From NCBI GenBank assembly GCA_963844505.1, contig CAWJOY010000030.1:11269-75268 (forward strand): a stretch of DNA of 64,000 nt, written 5' to 3'. A program made the position numbers and the translations under genes. Origin of the DNA: an uncultured Alphaproteobacteria bacterium (GTDB lineage Bacteria > Pseudomonadota > Alphaproteobacteria > Rhodobacterales > Rhodobacteraceae). Positions 32,976 to 43,377 of the stretch are shown piece by piece. Every line of letters starts with the position of its first letter. Positions within the stretch are counted from its first letter, which is position 1. The notes below the pieces were generated by a model that worked only from the letters and a program-made list of their open reading frames with translations, searched no databases and was not told where the DNA came from.

Positions 32976-33046
32976 GCCGGTCCTCCTTACGGTTCACCAT
33001 AACATGGGCGCCCTGCAGCATAAATTAAAGGGCAAGCGTTCAAGGA

Positions 33047-33940
33047 CTAAACAAGCACCTCTGGCAAAACGAGACCACGCAGAATATCGGCGGCTGGCAT
33101 CGGGCGCTTGCCCTCACGCTGCGCCAATGTAATCGCCACGGCATCTTGCCCACAAGCAATAGTAAAGCCGTGCAAAACCTGTCCGGCCGTACCATGTTCC
33201 GCAACCAGAGCTGAACGCAGAAGCTTTACCCTCTCGCCAGCAACATCACACCAAGCCCCAGGAAAGGGCGAAAGACCTCGAATTTGCCGATCAACCTCGG
33301 CCGCAGGTCGCGACCAATCTATCCGTGCCTCAGACTTTTCGACCTTGGCCGCATATGTGACGCCCTGTTCACTTTGTGCTATAGCTGGCAAAGGCAAGGC
33401 ATCAAGCGTTCGCAAAATGAGCTCTGCCCCCATCCCCGACAGACGGTCATGCAAGTCGGCGGTCGTCTCGCTCGGCGAAATTTGCGTCGATTGGCGCATA
33501 AGAACGGGACCTGTATCAAGGCCCGCCTCCATCTGCATTATGCAAATTCCTGTCTCTGAATCCCCAGCCATAATCGCACGATGGATTGGGGCCGCCCCTC
33601 GCCAGCGCGGCAAAAGCGACGCGTGGATATTGAGGCATCCAAGACGCGGCGCGTCCAGAATAGCCTGCGGCAAGATCAACCCATAAGCCACGACGACAGC
33701 GATCTCGGCACCAAAGGCCTTAAAGTCGGCCAAAGCTTCGGGCGTCCGTAAAGACGTCGGGTGCATGACCCGCAGGCCAAGCGTCTCGGCGCAAACCTGC
33801 ACAGGGCTCCGTCGATCAGCCTTACCGCGCCCTGCAGGTCTGGGCGGTTGGCAGTATACCGCAACGATCTCGTGCTCTTCGACGAGGCTTTTCAACACCG
33901 TGACTGAGAAGTCTGGCGTGCCCATGAATATGATTTTCAT
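33047..33940 (-). CDS. fmt: Methionyl-tRNA formyltransferase
   Basis: [34 protein letters not shown]. Confidence 0.97.
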   Translation of the reverse strand: MKIIFMGTPDFSVTVLKSLVEEHEIVAVYCQPPRPAGRGKADRRSPVQVCAETLGLRVMHPTSLRTPEALADFKAFGAEIAVVVAYGLILPQAILDAPRLGCLNIHASLLPRWRGAAPIHRAIMAGDSETGICIMQMEAGLDTGPVLMRQSTQISPSETTADLHDRLSGMGAELILRTLDALPLPAIAQSEQGVTYAAKVEKSEARIDWSRPAAEVDRQIRGLSPFPGAWCDVAGERVKLLRSALVAEHGTAGQVLHGFTIACGQDAVAITLAQREGKRPMPAADILRGLVLPEVLV

Positions 33941-34440
33941 AGGTTTTTCCGAAGTTTCGACGCCCGAGCAAGCAGCATTTTACGCTTCAGCGGCGAAAGG
34001 TGATCGAAATACATTTTGCCCGCAAGATGGTCTATCTGGTGCTGAACCGAAGTCGCCCAGAGGTTCACAAAATCACGATCCTCGATCTCACCCGCAGCAT
34101 TCATATAGCGCACGGTTACAGCGCGCGGGCGTCGGATGACGGCAGAAACACCAGGCACGTTCGGCGAAGCTTCGTCATGTTCGCGGAATTGCCCTGACGC
34201 ATGCAAGACCTCGGGGTTTGCCATAAGGATAGCCTGCCCTCGTTCATCAGAGCAGTCCACGACCGCAAGACGCAAAGGCACACCAATTTGCACAGCTGCC
34301 AGGCCATAGCCCGGCATGGCATCCATCGTATCAACCATATCAGTCCAAATCGCCCGATGTTCATCGGTAATCGACGAAATTGTCGCGGCAGGCGTTTTCA
34401 AACAAACGTTCGGAAATGGGATGCAAAGACGCGCGACCAT
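33937..34440 (-). CDS. Peptide deformylase-like protein with degenerate active site
   Basis: PDF fold, but EASPN replaces EGCLS and HQIDH replaces HEIDH. Confidence 0.88.
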   Translation of the reverse strand: MVARLCIPFPNVCLKTPAATISSITDEHRAIWTDMVDTMDAMPGYGLAAVQIGVPLRLAVVDCSDERGQAILMANPEVLHASGQFREHDEASPNVPGVSAVIRRPRAVTVRYMNAAGEIEDRDFVNLWATSVQHQIDHLAGKMYFDHLSPLKRKMLLARASKLRKNL

Positions 34441-34952
34441 CAGCTTCTCGCCCGTTCGCGCTTGAGTTTTTCCATCTTGCGAGTGATCATCTGCCGCTTG
34501 AGGGGACCAAGATAGTCGATGAATAGTTTGCCATCGAGGTGATCGATCTCGTGCTGGACACAGGTCGCCCAGAGACCTTCGAACTGTTGTTCACATTGCC
34601 CGCCATCAAGCCCCATCCAGCGCACTTTGACCGTGGCGGGGCGTTTGACTTCGGCATACTGGTCCGGAATCGACAGACACCCTTCCTCATAGGTCGAAAG
34701 GTCTTCGCCAGACCAAATCACCTCGGGGTTTAGCAAAACCATCGGTTCCGGTGGGCCATCTTTGATGCAATCCATCACGATAATCCGCCGCATCACACCA
34801 ATCTGAGGCGCCGCAAGGCCTATGCCCGGCGCATCATACATGGTTTCAAGCATGTCAGCTGCAAGTTGCGTAAGCTCTGCCGTCACCTCTGCGATTGGCT
34901 CGCAAGGCTTTTTCAGGCGCGGATCGGGGTGGATCAGAATATCGCGGATCAT
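34440..34952 (-). CDS. def: Peptide deformylase
   Basis: GIGLAAPQIG, EGCLS and QHEIDHL all intact. Confidence 0.97.
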   Translation of the reverse strand: MIRDILIHPDPRLKKPCEPIAEVTAELTQLAADMLETMYDAPGIGLAAPQIGVMRRIIVMDCIKDGPPEPMVLLNPEVIWSGEDLSTYEEGCLSIPDQYAEVKRPATVKVRWMGLDGGQCEQQFEGLWATCVQHEIDHLDGKLFIDYLGPLKRQMITRKMEKLKRERARS

Positions 34953-35037
34953 TCTGCCGATTTACGGCTTGGGGGTTCAACGTGCAAGAGTTTGCTGCGA
35001 TGATACCTGCATCATCTTTTGAAACAGGCAGCACAGC

Positions 35038-36207
35038 ATGGATTTTGACACTCCGATCAACCGTTTCGGCACACATTCGGTAAAATGGGACGCGATGGAG
35101 CCGATTTTTGGCGTGCCAGCCCAGGACGGAATTGCGATGTGGGTGGCCGATATGGACTTTCGACCGCCGGCCTGTGTCCAGCGCGCGCTTGAAGGCATGT
35201 TGGCGCATGGCGTCTACGGCTATTATGGCGATGACGCCGAGTATCTGGATGCGATCCGTTGGTGGATGAAAGAGCGTCACGGCTGGGTCGTCGAGCGCGA
35301 ACAGATTTTCACCACGCACGGCTTGGTTCATGGCACCTCGATGTGCGTCGATGCCTTCACGGCGCCGGGCGATGGCGTGGTCCTGATGACACCTGTTTAC
35401 CATGCTTTTGCGCGCGTGATTAAAGCTGCGGGCCGCGAGGTCGTTGAGTGCAAACTGCGCAACGCAGGTGGCCGCTATGAGATGGATTTCGACGCTTGGG
35501 ATGCGCAGATGACAGGGGCGGAAAAGATGCTCGTCCTCTGTTCGCCCCACAATCCGGGCGGTCGCGTTTGGTCGCGGGAAGAGTTGCAAGGCGTCGCGGA
35601 TTTTGCCAAACGCCACGATTTGGTCCTGGTGTCTGATGAGATCCACCATGACTTGGTGATTGGAGCGCAACAGCATACTGCGATGGCGTTGATCGAAGGT
35701 GTGGCCGATCGTCTTGTGATGATGACCGCAACGACCAAGACCTTTAACATCGCGGGCGCACATTCAGGCAACGTCATCATTGCCGACCCAGCTTTGCATG
35801 CCAAGTTTTCGGCACGAATGAATGCAATGGGGATCTCGCCGAACTCGTTTGGTCTTTTCATGGCAACGGCCGCCTATTCGCCCGAAGGGGCCGATTGGGT
35901 GGATGCGCTGCGCGCGTATCTTACTGAAAATGCTCGTATTTTTGATGCGGGTATCGCCGAAATCCCCGGTCTGAGATCAATGCCGCTCGAGGCGACCTAT
36001 CTGGCGTGGGTCGATTTTTCAGATACGGGCATGGCGCAAGCTGAGTTCATTGAGCGGGTTGAAAAGGTTGCGAAAATTGCAGCCAACCACGGTGTTTCCT
36101 TTGGTGCAGGTGGCGAGAACTTCCTGCGCTTTAACCTTGCTACGCCGCGCGCGGTGGTGATTGAGGCGGTTGCGCGGCTTCGGGCTGCATTTGCTGATCT
36201 GCAATGA
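35038..36207 (+). CDS. MalY/PatB family PLP enzyme (cystathionine beta-lyase-like)
   Basis: MWVADMDF, LCSPHNPGGRVW, SDEIH, TKTFNIAG. Confidence 0.92.
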   Translation: MDFDTPINRFGTHSVKWDAMEPIFGVPAQDGIAMWVADMDFRPPACVQRALEGMLAHGVYGYYGDDAEYLDAIRWWMKERHGWVVEREQIFTTHGLVHGTSMCVDAFTAPGDGVVLMTPVYHAFARVIKAAGREVVECKLRNAGGRYEMDFDAWDAQMTGAEKMLVLCSPHNPGGRVWSREELQGVADFAKRHDLVLVSDEIHHDLVIGAQQHTAMALIEGVADRLVMMTATTKTFNIAGAHSGNVIIADPALHAKFSARMNAMGISPNSFGLFMATAAYSPEGADWVDALRAYLTENARIFDAGIAEIPGLRSMPLEATYLAWVDFSDTGMAQAEFIERVEKVAKIAANHGVSFGAGGENFLRFNLATPRAVVIEAVARLRAAFADLQ

Positions 36208-36740
36208 AAGCACTTGCGCGGTTTTTTTCCGCGCTGGTTTTACTGTGCGGTATTGGGTTGGTGGCGCTGTGGGTTTATCCGCAGTTTGCCCCCGCCCCTT
36301 TGCCCCCGCAGCCTTTGGTCGGGACGATTGATCGCATCGTGATTGAGAAATCCGCCCGCCGGATGGTCGTCTATCACAAAGCCGAGGCGCTAAAAGAATA
36401 CCGCATTGCGCTCGGATCGCAGGCCGTAGGCGACAAGGTACGTCAAGGTGACATGCGCACGCCAGAAGGTGTCTTCACCATAGATCGAAAGAATTCTGCT
36501 TCGGCCTTTCACCTATCCTTGGGGATCAGCTATCCGCGGCCTTCGGATCTAAAGCGTGCGAAACTCGGGGGCTATGACGCTGGGGGCGATATTATGATCC
36601 ACGGCCAACCCAATAGCCTGCCCGTGGATTTTGTCGTGCCTTATGACTGGACAGCGGGATGTATCGCGATCTCTAACAGTGAAATCGCCGAGGTTTTCGC
36701 CGCAACTGCCGTCGGAACGACCGTCGAAATCAGGCCCTAG
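36204..36740 (+). CDS. L,D-transpeptidase (YkuD) family protein
   Basis: GDMRTPEG, ISYP, IMIHG, WTAGCIA; N-terminal TM. Confidence 0.88.
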   Translation: MKALARFFSALVLLCGIGLVALWVYPQFAPAPLPPQPLVGTIDRIVIEKSARRMVVYHKAEALKEYRIALGSQAVGDKVRQGDMRTPEGVFTIDRKNSASAFHLSLGISYPRPSDLKRAKLGGYDAGGDIMIHGQPNSLPVDFVVPYDWTAGCIAISNSEIAEVFAATAVGTTVEIRP

Positions 36741-37080
36741 ACAAATACGCCACGGGTTTGCTTTCGTCACGCTCGTAATCCAATGGAGGTGTCGCTTGCA
36801 CGGCAGTTGACCGCTTGAATTCGCAAAGCAGGTCACCGTTTTCCGCTGTGGATGCAACGATCAAGCACTGGGAGACATGTTTGGCGCCGTCATAAATATC
36901 GACCAGGCCGCGCATATTGGGGGCAAGCGCTGCGTCCAACGCAAAGCCATTTTCCCACATGCGCGTGATCGGAAACACGGCTTCGCCGACCTGCACCCGC
37001 ATACGTGATTTTCGCTCAGAACTGCGATTACGCGCTGCGGCTAATCCTTCAAAGACATCCTTTGGCAAAAATTCAAACAT
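36730..37080 (-). CDS. Conserved hypothetical protein
   Basis: RGLVDIYDG..H..QCLI, EFKR, PLDY pattern typical of Rhodobacteraceae; RBS GGAGGG. Confidence 0.7.
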   Translation of the reverse strand: MFEFLPKDVFEGLAAARNRSSERKSRMRVQVGEAVFPITRMWENGFALDAALAPNMRGLVDIYDGAKHVSQCLIVASTAENGDLLCEFKRSTAVQATPPLDYERDESKPVAYLSRA

Positions 37081-37262
37081 AAAACCCTCCCCCTTCAAGA
37101 CTCATCCTGCCCATACAAAGGTTAAGACTGTGACAATGGCTCCTGCATTTCAATAAACACTTCTATCTGTTGCGAAAGTGTCACTTATTTCGGCGATCCG
37201 CGGCCTATCTTTGCCCCTCTCTTCAGGTCAAACTCTGCGGGATTCGAATTTGGAGAGCGACC

Positions 37263-37814
37263 GTGCTGCAAGACTTGATTACCCGTGCCGAACTGGATGC
37301 CGCGTTAGAGCATGTTATGGCGGCGCCGAAGACCAATTCTGCGGTGCAGAGCCTGTGTCGGCGCCCCGAGTTCAACAAACGACAACTGGTTGATCGCATT
37401 CAGTTTACCCGCGCAGAAGGCACACCGGGGGAGCGTTGGTCGACGCTGCCTTGGATGCGCAACGAAGATGGCACGCCGCACCCAGGGATTCAGGTTTCGA
37501 TCTTGGGCAGCCGCGTGGTCGATCTGGTTTGGCGCAACCGCGACACCGTGGTCCACCCGGGCGATCCGATCGTCGCGGACCTTGATACAAGTGAGGCGAA
37601 TTTGCCGGTTGGCACGCTTATTCAGGCGGGAACCGCGGTGCTGCGCGTGTCGGATGTGCCGAACCTTGGCTGCGTAAAGTGGAAGGTGCGCTATGGCGTC
37701 GATGCCTTGCGCTGGGTCGAAAGCCGTCCGGAATTGCGGCTGCGGGGCGTCCTCTGCTCGGTCGAGAGGGACGGCGAGATCAATATGAACGATCGTTTAC
37801 AAGTCCTGAGCTAG
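37263..37814 (+). CDS. MOSC-domain-like protein
   Basis: HPGD...DLD.SEANLP.GT...G.A.L.VS..P..GC.K, RLRG; GTG start after GGAG. Confidence 0.75.
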   Translation: MLQDLITRAELDAALEHVMAAPKTNSAVQSLCRRPEFNKRQLVDRIQFTRAEGTPGERWSTLPWMRNEDGTPHPGIQVSILGSRVVDLVWRNRDTVVHPGDPIVADLDTSEANLPVGTLIQAGTAVLRVSDVPNLGCVKWKVRYGVDALRWVESRPELRLRGVLCSVERDGEINMNDRLQVLS

Positions 37815-38162
37815 CTACATACCCTCGTCGCGCTGACGTGTGGCGCGACGCCATTCGGTGCAATGGGCGACCATCACATCGATTTGCGCCGCCCAAGCCT
37901 GCAGGGCCTTCGCCTCGGCAAGGATATGCGTTCGAATACGCGTCTCGCCGAGGTGAAGGTCCATCGGCATGGAGGGGTTCTGGTCATTCCACGCCTCGAT
38001 CTGTGCCGCAGTCGCCCGCAACGGCCATGCAAAAGCAAGCCCCCAACCGTCCGCATCTGGCGTTGCTGTGAATTCAGGAAGATGCGGTTGCGAGCGGGCA
38101 AAAATCACCTCATCCAAGGCCTCTACGCCCGAAAAACCAACAGATTTCAGAAGGCTAAGCAT
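37815..38162 (-). CDS. Hypothetical protein coupled to smc
   Basis: ATG overlaps the smc stop (TGATG); 115 aa. Confidence 0.6.
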   Translation of the reverse strand: MLSLLKSVGFSGVEALDEVIFARSQPHLPEFTATPDADGWGLAFAWPLRATAAQIEAWNDQNPSMPMDLHLGETRIRTHILAEAKALQAWAAQIDVMVAHCTEWRRATRQRDEGM

Positions 38163-41100
38163 CACGCAACCATCGCCTCGGCACGTTTCAGATCGACGGA
38201 CACTAGTTGGCTCACCCCTTGCTCTGCCATGGTGACGCCAAACAAACGGTCCATGCGCGCCATGGTGACAGCGTGATGCGTGATGATCAAAAAGCGCGTG
38301 TCGGTGCGGCGGGTCATCTCGTCCAACAGGTCGCAAAAACGCGTGACGTTCGCGTCATCAAGCGGCGCGTCGACCTCGTCCAGCACACAAATCGGCGCCG
38401 GATTAGCAAGGAAAACGCCGAAAATCAGCGCCAGCGCGGTCAGGGTTTGCTCGCCCCCCGATAGCAGCGACAGCGTCGCAAGCTTTTTGCCCGGCGGTTG
38501 GCACATAATCTCAAGCCCCGCCTCAAGCGGATCATCCGACTCGACCAGCACAAGCCGCGCCTCGCCGCCGTTGAACAGGTGGGTAAACAGCGTCGCAAAG
38601 TTGGCGTTGACCTGCTCGAATGCGGTAAGCAGCCGCTCGCGTCCTTCGCGGTTCAAACCGGCAATCCCCGAGCGAAGCTTTTTAATCGCCTCTTCCAGAT
38701 CGACCTTTTCCTGCACCAGCGCATCGTATTCATCCGAAACGGTTTTCGCATCTTCTTCGGCGCGCAGGTTTACGGCCCCAAGCGCCTCGCGTTGGCGTTT
38801 CAACCGCTGCACATCCACGTCAAGCGCCTCGGCGTCGGGCATCCGGTCGGGGTCAACTTTGAGCGTGTCCAAAAGTTGCTCGGGGGTGGCAGAGGCCTCT
38901 TCGGCAATCCGCGCCGCGGCGGCGGCAACGGTTTCGCGGGCAGCTTCGGTGCGGGCTTCGGCACCAGCGCGAGCCTCGCGCGCTTCACCGGCAAGGCGTT
39001 CCCCGTCGCGCTCGGTATCACGGGCGGTGCGCAAGGCGGATTCGGCGGTTGAGAGCGCATCGGCGGCAATCGCACGACGTGATTCTGCCTCGACGATGGC
39101 CTCGTTCAAATCCTCGCGCTTGATCGCAATTTCTTCGGGGGCAGCGGCGGCATCAACTAACTCTTCCGCCGCTTCGGCACGGCGGGTCGAAAGCTCTGCC
39201 ATACGTCTGCCAGCGGATTCAAGACGCTGTGTCCAGCTTGCCAGCTCTTTGGTCGCGTCTTGGCGGCGGCGCACACGGGCCTCGCCTTCGCGACGCAGCT
39301 CGTCATGGTTGGACCTGCGCGACATCATGGTGATGCGAGCGGCCTCAACAGTGACCTTGGTGGCCTCAAGCGCGGCGCGGGCGACGTCAAGATCGGGCAA
39401 ATCCTCGGCAGAGGCCATCGCCTCTTCCATCCGCTCGCGGGATTCCGCGACCTCATCATGATAGCGCGCGACCGAGGTTTTGGCCGCGTCAAGTTTGCCA
39501 GCAGCGATGGATTTATCCGCCTCGGCACGCGCAGCCATGCGCCCCGATTCCGCCACCCGCGCATCCGCCGAGCGACGGGCATCACGGGCGATTTGGTCGG
39601 CACGGGCAAGCTCTGCCAAGCGCGATTGCAGCGCGGCATGGGCCTGCGCGGCCCCTTCTGCGCGCGCGGCCACGTCTTCAAGATCGCGCTTTAGCGCAGT
39701 CAGACGGTTGATCTGTTGCAGCCGTGCAGCAGCGGCAGACGGTGCAGCCTCGGACCCTGCCCGAAAGCCGTCCCAGCGCCAAAGATCGCCCTCTAGGCTA
39801 ACAAGCCGTTGACCAGGCTGCAAATCTGCTTGCAGTCGGGGGCCATCGGCGCGCGACACAAGGCCGATTTGCGCCATGCGACGGGCAAGAACGGCAGGCG
39901 CTTGGACATAAGTGCCAAGCGGTGCGGCGCCGTTGGGAAGTGGTGCCTGATCGGCATAGGGCGGCAGCGGCACCCAGCCCGAGGCTTGGTCGGCGCCGAC
40001 TTCGGGTGCGCGCAGATCGTCGGCAAGCGCAGCCCCGATCGCGGCCTCATACCCCGGTTCAACCGTCAGAAGGTCAAGCAGCTGCAACCCCGACTGCGCC
40101 TCGCGCTGCACCAGTTTGGTCAGGGCAGAGACCTCTGCACGCAAAGCGGTGGCCTCGCCCTCGGCCTCGGATTTGGCGGCGCGGGCGTCGGCCTCGCGGG
40201 CCTGCACCTCGGCGCGGGCATCTTCGGCGGCAAGTAGGGCTTCTTCGGCGGCCTCGGCAAGCTCTGCGGCTTCGGTCTGCAATTCCTCGGCGGCGGCAAA
40301 GGCTTCGGCAGCGGATTCAAGCGCCTCGGACGCGGCAGTGACCGCTTGGGCGGCACGGGCGGCCTCGGATTCGGCCTTTTGCACAGTGGCGCGGCTGTCG
40401 GACAGCAGGCGTTGCACCGATTGGTGACGTGCTGCAAGGCGCGCGGCATCTTCGGTCGCCTGAGACAGGATATTCTCGCGCTCGGACAGGGCAGCAGAGG
40501 CTTCGCGGGCGATCTCGGCGGCCTCGATCAGCTTGTCCTCATGCCCCTCATGCGCACGCAAAAGCTGCTCGATTTCCCATTCAAGCCGTTGAATAACCTC
40601 GCCTGCATCGCGGTTCAGACCTGATTCGCGCTCGGTATCGCGGTCAAGTTCGGCAATCCGCGCGCGCAGGGTCTCGATCAAGGCGCGCGCACGGGCGTCC
40701 TCATCGCCAAGTTGATCGCGCTGCGCCATCAGGCGTTGCAAGATAGCGGCAGCGACGGCTTCTTCTTGACGCAGAGGCGGCATCGCTTCTTCGGCGGCAT
40801 CGCGCTGCGCCGTGGCAAGGCGGGCTGCGGCTTCGGCGTTGGCGGCAAAGGTGATGCGTTGGCGCAGCAGACCGTCGGCTTCGGCGCGGGCCATCTCTGC
40901 TTCACGCCAGCGGCGATACAGAAGCTGCCCTTCGGAACGGCGCAAATCCTCGCCAATCTCGCGATAGCGGGCGGCTTGTTTGGCTTGGCGTGACAGGGTC
41001 GAAAGCTGTTGCGCAAGGCTTTCCAGCACGTCATCGACCCGCAGCAAATTTTGCTCAGCCCCGTTGAGTTTCAGCTCGGCTTCGTGACGCCGCGCATAAA

Positions 41101-41617
41101 GCCCCGAGATGCCAGCCGCTTCCTCAAGGATACGGCGGCGGGCTTTGGGCTTGGCGTTAATCAGTTCAGAAATCTGCCCCTGCCGCACCAGCGCGGGCGA
41201 GTGTGACCCCGTCGAGGCATCCGCAAACAGCATCTGCACGTCGCGGGCGCGCACGTCCTTGGTGTTCAGCTTATAGGCCGAGCCCGCGTCGCGCGTGATG
41301 CGACGGATGATCTCAATGGTATCGGAATCGTTAAACCCAGACGGCGCAAGCCGGTCCGAGTTGTCCATCACCAGCGCGACTTCGGCAAAGTTGCGCGCCC
41401 CTCGCGCCCCCGAACCGTTAAAGATCACATCCTCCATACCGCCGCCGCGCATTGCAGACGGGCGGTTCTCGCCCATCACCCAGCGCAGGGCTTCGAGAAG
41501 GTTGGATTTGCCGCAGCCGTTCGGGCCAACCACACCGGTCAGACCGTCGTGGATCACCAAATCGGTGGGGTCCACAAAGCTTTTGAAGCCATTCAGCCGC
41601 AGTTTGTTAAAGCGCAA
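38162..41617 (-). CDS. smc: Chromosome segregation protein SMC
   Basis: GFKSF, VGPNGCGKSN, coiled coils, hinge, LSGGE, LDEVDAPLD; TTG start assumed. Confidence 0.97.
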   Translation of the reverse strand: MRFNKLRLNGFKSFVDPTDLVIHDGLTGVVGPNGCGKSNLLEALRWVMGENRPSAMRGGGMEDVIFNGSGARGARNFAEVALVMDNSDRLAPSGFNDSDTIEIIRRITRDAGSAYKLNTKDVRARDVQMLFADASTGSHSPALVRQGQISELINAKPKARRRILEEAAGISGLYARRHEAELKLNGAEQNLLRVDDVLESLAQQLSTLSRQAKQAARYREIGEDLRRSEGQLLYRRWREAEMARAEADGLLRQRITFAANAEAAARLATAQRDAAEEAMPPLRQEEAVAAAILQRLMAQRDQLGDEDARARALIETLRARIAELDRDTERESGLNRDAGEVIQRLEWEIEQLLRAHEGHEDKLIEAAEIAREASAALSERENILSQATEDAARLAARHQSVQRLLSDSRATVQKAESEAARAAQAVTAASEALESAAEAFAAAEELQTEAAELAEAAEEALLAAEDARAEVQAREADARAAKSEAEGEATALRAEVSALTKLVQREAQSGLQLLDLLTVEPGYEAAIGAALADDLRAPEVGADQASGWVPLPPYADQAPLPNGAAPLGTYVQAPAVLARRMAQIGLVSRADGPRLQADLQPGQRLVSLEGDLWRWDGFRAGSEAAPSAAAARLQQINRLTALKRDLEDVAARAEGAAQAHAALQSRLAELARADQIARDARRSADARVAESGRMAARAEADKSIAAGKLDAAKTSVARYHDEVAESRERMEEAMASAEDLPDLDVARAALEATKVTVEAARITMMSRRSNHDELRREGEARVRRRQDATKELASWTQRLESAGRRMAELSTRRAEAAEELVDAAAAPEEIAIKREDLNEAIVEAESRRAIAADALSTAESALRTARDTERDGERLAGEAREARAGAEARTEAARETVAAAAARIAEEASATPEQLLDTLKVDPDRMPDAEALDVDVQRLKRQREALGAVNLRAEEDAKTVSDEYDALVQEKVDLEEAIKKLRSGIAGLNREGRERLLTAFEQVNANFATLFTHLFNGGEARLVLVESDDPLEAGLEIMCQPPGKKLATLSLLSGGEQTLTALALIFGVFLANPAPICVLDEVDAPLDDANVTRFCDLLDEMTRRTDTRFLIITHHAVTMARMDRLFGVTMAEQGVSQLVSVDLKRAEAMVA

Positions 41618-41788
41618 AGGGGGTTGGCCTTGTGATTCCGTTGGGGTGTCAGTTTTCGCAGCTATCCCCCGCAAGTCAACGCGATAGGGCTGCATCTGGC
41701 AGGCGCAGCGCGCTTATCCCCACAATCTTGGGCGCTTGGCTTGACCTTGGCGGGGTGTCGCATCAGGTTCGCTCAAAAGGAGCTTGAT

Positions 41789-42142
41789 ATGATCCACGCG
41801 CTGCTTGTTATTCTGGGCTGCCAGTTGGTTGGGGAAGTGGCGTCGCATTCGCTTTCGCTGCCGATTCCGGGGCCGGTTTTGGGGATGATCCTTTTGGCGT
41901 TCGCGCTCCAATTCATACCGGCGCTGCGCGAGGTCGTGCGGCCCGTGGCGCAAGGAATTTTGGCGCATATGTCGCTGCTGTTTGTGCCTGCGGGCGTGGG
42001 CGTGGTGGGGCATTTTGCGGCCTTTGGCGGGCAAGGGCTGGCGATTGGGGTGGCGATTGTCGGCTCTACGGTCGCGGCGATTGCGGTCGGGGCGCTCAGC
42101 TTTGTGGCCGTGGCGCGGTTGACGGGCAATCACGATGACTGA
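41789..42142 (+). CDS. CidA/LrgA holin-like protein
   Basis: PIPGPVLGM, LLFVPAGVGV. Confidence 0.9.
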   Translation: MIHALLVILGCQLVGEVASHSLSLPIPGPVLGMILLAFALQFIPALREVVRPVAQGILAHMSLLFVPAGVGVVGHFAAFGGQGLAIGVAIVGSTVAAIAVGALSFVAVARLTGNHDD

Positions 42143-42851
42143 TTTCACCGATATCTGGAGCTATCTTTCCCGCGGCCCGTTGCTGTGGCTGACCGCGACA
42201 CTTGCGGCCTATGCGATTGGGGACGCATGTTTTCGTGCGGCAAAACGGCGGCCCATCTTCAACCCCGTGCTGATTGCGGTGGCGATTTTGGCGGCGATGC
42301 TGGCAGTGACCAAGACGCCCTATGCCACCTATTTCGAGGGCGCGCAGTTTGTGCACTTTTTGCTGGGGCCCGCGACGGTCTGCCTTGCCCTGCCGCTGTG
42401 GGAGAATTTGCCAAAGGTGCGGCGGGCGGCTTTGCCTCTGCTGGCGGCGCTTTTGGCGGGATCCGCGACGGCGGTGGTCTCGGCTTTGGCGATTGCAAAG
42501 GCAATGGGGATTTCAGGTGAGACACTGGCCTCTTTGGCGCCCAAGTCCACGACCGCTCCTGTGGCGATTGGCATTTCGCAAGCCATCGGCGGGTCGCCCA
42601 CTCTGACGGCGGTGCTGGTGATTTTGACGGGGATTACGGGGGCCGTTGTCGCGACGCCGCTGCTAAATCTGTTGCGCATCAAAGATTGGCGGGCGCGAGG
42701 CTTTGCGACAGGCGTTGCCGCCCATGGCATCGGCACGGCACGGGCGTTTCAGGTTCATCCCCGCGCGGGTGCCTTTGCGGGGCTTGGCATGGGGCTGAAC
42801 GCCGTTTTAACCGCGCTTATCGCACCGATCTTGCTGCGGCTGTTTCAGTAG
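42135..42851 (+). CDS. CidB/LrgB family protein
   Basis: LLGPATVCLA.PL, APKSTTAP, AHGIGTARA. Confidence 0.92.
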   Translation: MTDFTDIWSYLSRGPLLWLTATLAAYAIGDACFRAAKRRPIFNPVLIAVAILAAMLAVTKTPYATYFEGAQFVHFLLGPATVCLALPLWENLPKVRRAALPLLAALLAGSATAVVSALAIAKAMGISGETLASLAPKSTTAPVAIGISQAIGGSPTLTAVLVILTGITGAVVATPLLNLLRIKDWRARGFATGVAAHGIGTARAFQVHPRAGAFAGLGMGLNAVLTALIAPILLRLFQ

Positions 42852-43331
42852 TCAGCGCAGATACGGGCGGAAGTGGTCGACGACCTCTTGGTAAACCGCG
42901 CGCTTGAACGGCACGATCGAGGCAACCATCTCATCCGCGCCGATCCAGCGCCACGCACCAAACTCGGGGTGGATGGTGGCGATATTGACCTGCGCGTCGG
43001 TGCCCAAATAGCGATAGAGATACCATTTTTGCTTTTGGCCACGGAACTTACCGCCCCAAACCTTGCCCAAAAGATCGGGCGGCAGATCATAAGTGACCCA
43101 GCCTTTGGTCTTATCCAGCGGTTCGACCAAATCGGCAGTGACGCCGGTTTCTTCCCACAGCTCGCGCAGCGCGGCGGGGCGGGGCTTTTCGTCGTCGTCA
43201 ATCCCGCCCTGCGGCATTTGCCACGCAGCGACTTGGGAATCGAGGCGCTGGCCCGCAAAGATCAAGCCTTGGGCGTTGATCAGCATGATGCCAACACAGG
43301 GACGGTAGGGCAGTTTTTCAGGGTCTATCAT
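42852..43331 (-). CDS. rppH: RNA pyrophosphohydrolase
   Basis: [15 protein letters not shown], Nudix [23 protein letters not shown]. Confidence 0.95.
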   Translation of the reverse strand: MIDPEKLPYRPCVGIMLINAQGLIFAGQRLDSQVAAWQMPQGGIDDDEKPRPAALRELWEETGVTADLVEPLDKTKGWVTYDLPPDLLGKVWGGKFRGQKQKWYLYRYLGTDAQVNIATIHPEFGAWRWIGADEMVASIVPFKRAVYQEVVDHFRPYLR

Positions 43332-43377
43332 AGGGTGTGAGATGGGCCGCAGCTTGCGCCACGGCCCCCTTTCATCG

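Noticed and set aside
38800-40900. Repetitive GCC/GCG-rich sequence
   Set aside because: Ala/Glu/Arg-rich SMC coiled coil, not a repeat array.
41789-42851. Holin-like genes as a prophage or GTA sign
   Set aside because: Ordinary cidA/lrgB pair with no phage genes nearby.
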